This document shows, piece by piece, positions 8,870-12,177 of a DNA stretch of 12,177 nt. The stretch covers positions 1 to 12,177 of the forward strand of contig CBDDTI010000160.1 in assembly GCA_965233585.1 (NCBI GenBank), given 5' to 3'. Position 1 is the first letter of the stretch, and each line of letters starts with the position of its first letter. The notes beneath the pieces are model-generated. The model was not told where the DNA came from, did not search any database, and was given only the letters and a program-made list of their open reading frames with translations. Source of the stretch: a bacterium (lineage in GTDB: Bacteria > SAR324 > NAC60-12). The translations under genes and the position numbers were made by a program.

Positions 8870-9371
8870 TTATAAAATATTTCACCAAAACAATTAGACA
8901 AATGAAGAGAAATTATTTTAATTTACTTATTGATTCTCTCAATACACGCTCGAGCTCTGGACAATCATCTTTCATACAAGCCAATCGAAACGGGCATATT
9001 AATGAGCCAAGGCAGGGGCCCACTACTAGGAGCCTGCAACTCTCTTAATAAGCCAATGCAACAGCATTTTTACAGACCAGTCTATTTTTGCTCATGGATG
9101 TTACTTAGTGGGTAGTCGAATGACGATCACTCACTCAATCGATTTTTATTAATTATTCAGTAAACTTGAATTAAACAACTTTCTCTTACCTCTCCTACTC
9201 AGTATTGTTTTTATCCAAGAGTGTTCTGTCTTCTTCAGGAAGATTTTTGACGAGGGGAGATCAAGACTAGGAAAGGCGTACATTTTTGGCCAAAAAATGG
9301 AGAACCTGGATAAGAGTTTGTCGAGCGCATCAAAGAATGAAGTCGGCCATTTTGGTGCCATGTGTTTTTCT

Positions 9372-9446
9372 GGGTGTATACAAAACCTGGCCTAGGCCAT
9401 GGCGCGTTGCATGGCCCACCCCTTGGCCTAGCCTATGGCCCACCCC
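9372..9446 (+). repeat. GGCC-rich short repeat cluster, possible transposon end
   Basis: Palindrome TGGCCTAGGCCA at 9388-9399 and direct repeat ATGGCCCACCCC at 9411-9422 and 9435-9446, following GGGTGTATACAAAACC. Confidence 0.5.
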
Positions 9447-10667
9447 AATTTTTTTTTAATTTTACCAATTTTAAAGGAAGAACCTAGTTACACGCCCAGG
9501 GAACAAACATAAAAGTCTCGTGAAAGGTCGAGGGATGGCTGCCATGTTTAAGACAAGTCAAACATGATTGCGCCCGAAAATGATTCTCGCTGGACTGCTG
9601 TAATGAGTATATCCTCTATTCTCTACGAAAGGATAGGAGGGTCTGTAATTATATCTCTAAGCACAGGTTGATTCTTTATTAGGTGCCACTTTGTGACTAT
9701 AATATTCTTAAGCTTACACAAAGAAGGGCGATATTCTCATTTATTTACACACTCATGATACATCTAAAGTAATTCATGAGATAAAAACGTCCCTACACAC
9801 GCAACACGTTACAAATTGTGACTTAGCCTATGTTAATCACATGATATGCGATTACAGAAGTAATTTTATTAAGTGCTTTGTTATGTAAATATCCAGTGGT
9901 CTTTCCTAAACGTAAGCTAAATGTATTGAGGGGTCAAGAGACTGTTATCAATAATAAGATGTACTGGGGCCTCATTAGGCTTGTGAAAGGGGTTTCAAGC
10001 TAGAAACTACATGTATATATATGATGTCAAAGACACTTTGTAAAGCTGATACTGTTCTGATCTTGAGGTAGAGCTCCTGCCCCGGCATGGACATCGTTAT
10101 ATTGGAAAACTAAAAAGAACTTATAAATTGTAAATAAAAAGACCCCTTTCACTTCAGGTGTAAGATTGAAAAAAACAAACTGCCTGAAATTCTTATAATA
10201 TTGAAGGAAATACTTTTCTTTCTATAGATTTCCCATTACCAGCAAGCTAAAATCGAATTGTTTATATTTCACATAGCTTAAAGTAAACAAGATTTTGCCA
10301 ATATCCATGTATCACTTAAGTGAAATTCGGGCAAAATACTTTTGGCAGTCTTGGTATTACGAAGTTGATTGTCTAAAATGAAATGAAATGTTAACTGAAC
10401 AAGGACCATAACCAATGACCCAAAATGTACTGCCGAATCCCTGATATTTCACATTTATTATAACCAGCTTCAGTGACCCAGTGACCAGGAGTCAATTTTG
10501 GACTCACTGGTCAATATGGTGAACTCTCATTTAATGATTTGATTTTGTACAAGGTAATTTAAAAACAATGTTCCCGTTTCAATTAAAATCAATTATTATA
10601 CATTTTGAAAGTTATAAGCAGTCTGTGTAAATAACCTGTCATTTGATCCTTGTATTTCCTTTCTATT

Positions 10668-10930
10668 TCGAGCAGTCTGGGTTCCGGCCCTGGCTTGGAA
10701 CATTGTATTATGTTCTTGGGCGAGACACTTTACTCTCACAGTGCCTCAGTATCCACTCAGGTGCATAAATAGGTACGGGCAAACTTTAATGCTAGGAGTA
10801 AGCCTGCGATGGAGTAGCATGCCACTCAGGGGGTAGTAGAAATACTGCTATTCGCTTCATGCTACAGAAACTGGAATAGGCGCTGGCCTGGTGGGCCGCT
10901 TGGCTCATGAACATGCATAGAGACTTTACT
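10668..10930 (+). mobile_element. 5'-truncated, diverged tRNA-derived SINE
   Basis: Degenerate B box GGTTCCGGCCC (10680-10690), central TGTTCTTGGGCGAGACACTTTACTCTCACAGTGCCTC, and 3' part GCTTCATGCTACAGAAAC...AGACTTTAC. Resembles an abundant cnidarian SINE recognised from memory; the A box is absent. Confidence 0.8.
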
Positions 10931-12177
10931 TCAGCTTCTAAGTTGTCGTTTGCTTCTTTTTCAGAACGTGTGCTTGTGCAAAAAGTTTCACATGAAAATA
11001 ACTTGATTTCCATGCGAATGAACATATATTTGATTATATTTCCATACCAATAGCTTGGCACAAAGATTCCTTTTGCCACAAAGGACTGCGCTATTCATCC
11101 ATGAGCTGGCTCAGGGAGTCTTTGTTTAGATTTTTTTTTCCCGCGAAATAGGCCAGTTCCGGTCTACATGAGCACGCTTCGGTATTGATGACACAATGCA
11201 GCCTCACGCGGACATGTCGCCATCATGTCCACATGTCAACGTAAGTCCGTGTTTGTGATTGCAAATGGTCAGTGAGGTTCTTGTGGGGATCTGAATTCGA
11301 GACAAATTTAAACTAAAAATAGCTCGGTGTTTGAAAACGCCGTGACAGAAATATGGGGTAGTTGCAGACAGCTAGTGATTGGCTCTTGGCCAAGAAAAAC
11401 TCGCGTTGTAAAGTCAAAGTCAAGTTGAAATTAGCCGAAAACGCCAGTAAGCAAATTATTATTTGAAACCTTATATCTCTGGCGGAAAAATACCTAAAGT
11501 TCGGTGAAAACTGGGGAACTTCAATATAATACAGTTTAAGGGGGCTTTGTTCTGAAACAATGAAATCGAATCGTGGTAACGTGTAGCATTCGACCTAAAC
11601 CAAAACATTATTTCCAGACTAAGAAATGTAAACCAAGGTAAGTTGCTCAGGAAAAACGACTAAGAATGTATCAATACGATTTTGGACTTGACACCGTGCA
11701 AGCGATATTAGGGACACCTCAACTCTACCTTTTGTACAATAACTTTGTCATTGTTTCATTTTCTCTTTTAAGCTTTAACCAATATGTTCCAGTGCTGATG
11801 CGAGGGAAAACCAGGCAGTACTTGTAGACCTCTATTATGTTGAATTGCACTGAGAATCAGAAAGATTATTCTAGAAAAAGAGCTATTACTTCTTAAATGT
11901 TTAACTTAAGAATTACAGAAAATGCAAGAAAGTGTCTATTCAATAGCTTCTATTTTTACAGTATTTGGTTTTATATGACTTAATGTATTACACACTTTAT
12001 GGTTGGTCACTACCTATTAGCACTCACACAACTTGCACTGAACCTACAAACTGACAGAATTTTAGAAGTTTTGTTTGTAGTGTTTTCTCTTTTTCTTTAT
12101 TATATTACTGATAAAAGGCGAGTTTAGCTTCAACGGCACTTTGGATACTTCAGTAACCACCGACTAGATCCAAGGAA

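Noticed and set aside
8562..9361. ORFs 8562..8804, 8830..9048, 8930..9115 and 9149..9361
   Set aside because: No recognisable domain. 9149..9361 has a minus-strand donor-like site near 9190, but I cannot link it to a downstream exon.
10482..10513. Small hairpin TGACCAGGAGTC...GACTCACTGGTCA
   Set aside because: Too short to classify; probably a repeat remnant, and intrinsic terminators are not relevant here.
10668..10700. B-box-like sequence as a tRNA gene
   Set aside because: No A box or cloverleaf; it is the truncated head of the SINE.
10792..11079. Minus-strand 95-aa ORF
   Set aside because: Runs antisense through the SINE; likely a chance ORF.
10140..11830. Acceptor-like sites near 10157, 10228, 10964 and 11772 as next exons of the Ig gene
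   Set aside because: Phase-1 frames stop within 6-30 codons, with no TM, TIR or kinase motif and no matching donor.

Overview
AT-rich eukaryotic genomic DNA, with no prokaryotic features. The repeat landscape (tRNA-derived SINE, hairpin MITEs, a TTAA-flanked element) resembles what I recall from stony-coral/cnidarian genomes; the taxon is an inference. The main feature is a spliced + strand immunoglobulin-superfamily gene that the ORF track only partly shows. It has a signal-peptide exon (1650-1731), two symmetric micro-exons (3047-3088, 4250-4294), and two Ig-domain exons (6552-6866, 7160-7495). All introns are GT-AG and phase 1, giving a continuous 273-codon frame starting MDGSKNQHQQLCLVKYIVFSLSLLMIQVFA|EIDKRCQKPFIGAPSLFEKESGEQQTGALEIAWV. 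No convincing transmembrane or cytoplasmic exon is visible in the remaining 4.7 kb. The proximal promoter has a TATA box, a CCAAT box and a perfect ETS-IRF composite motif. Introns and flanks hold several non-autonomous transposons. I see no demonstrably new biological system; the best candidate is a possibly immune-regulated, modularly spliced Ig receptor or secreted protein.
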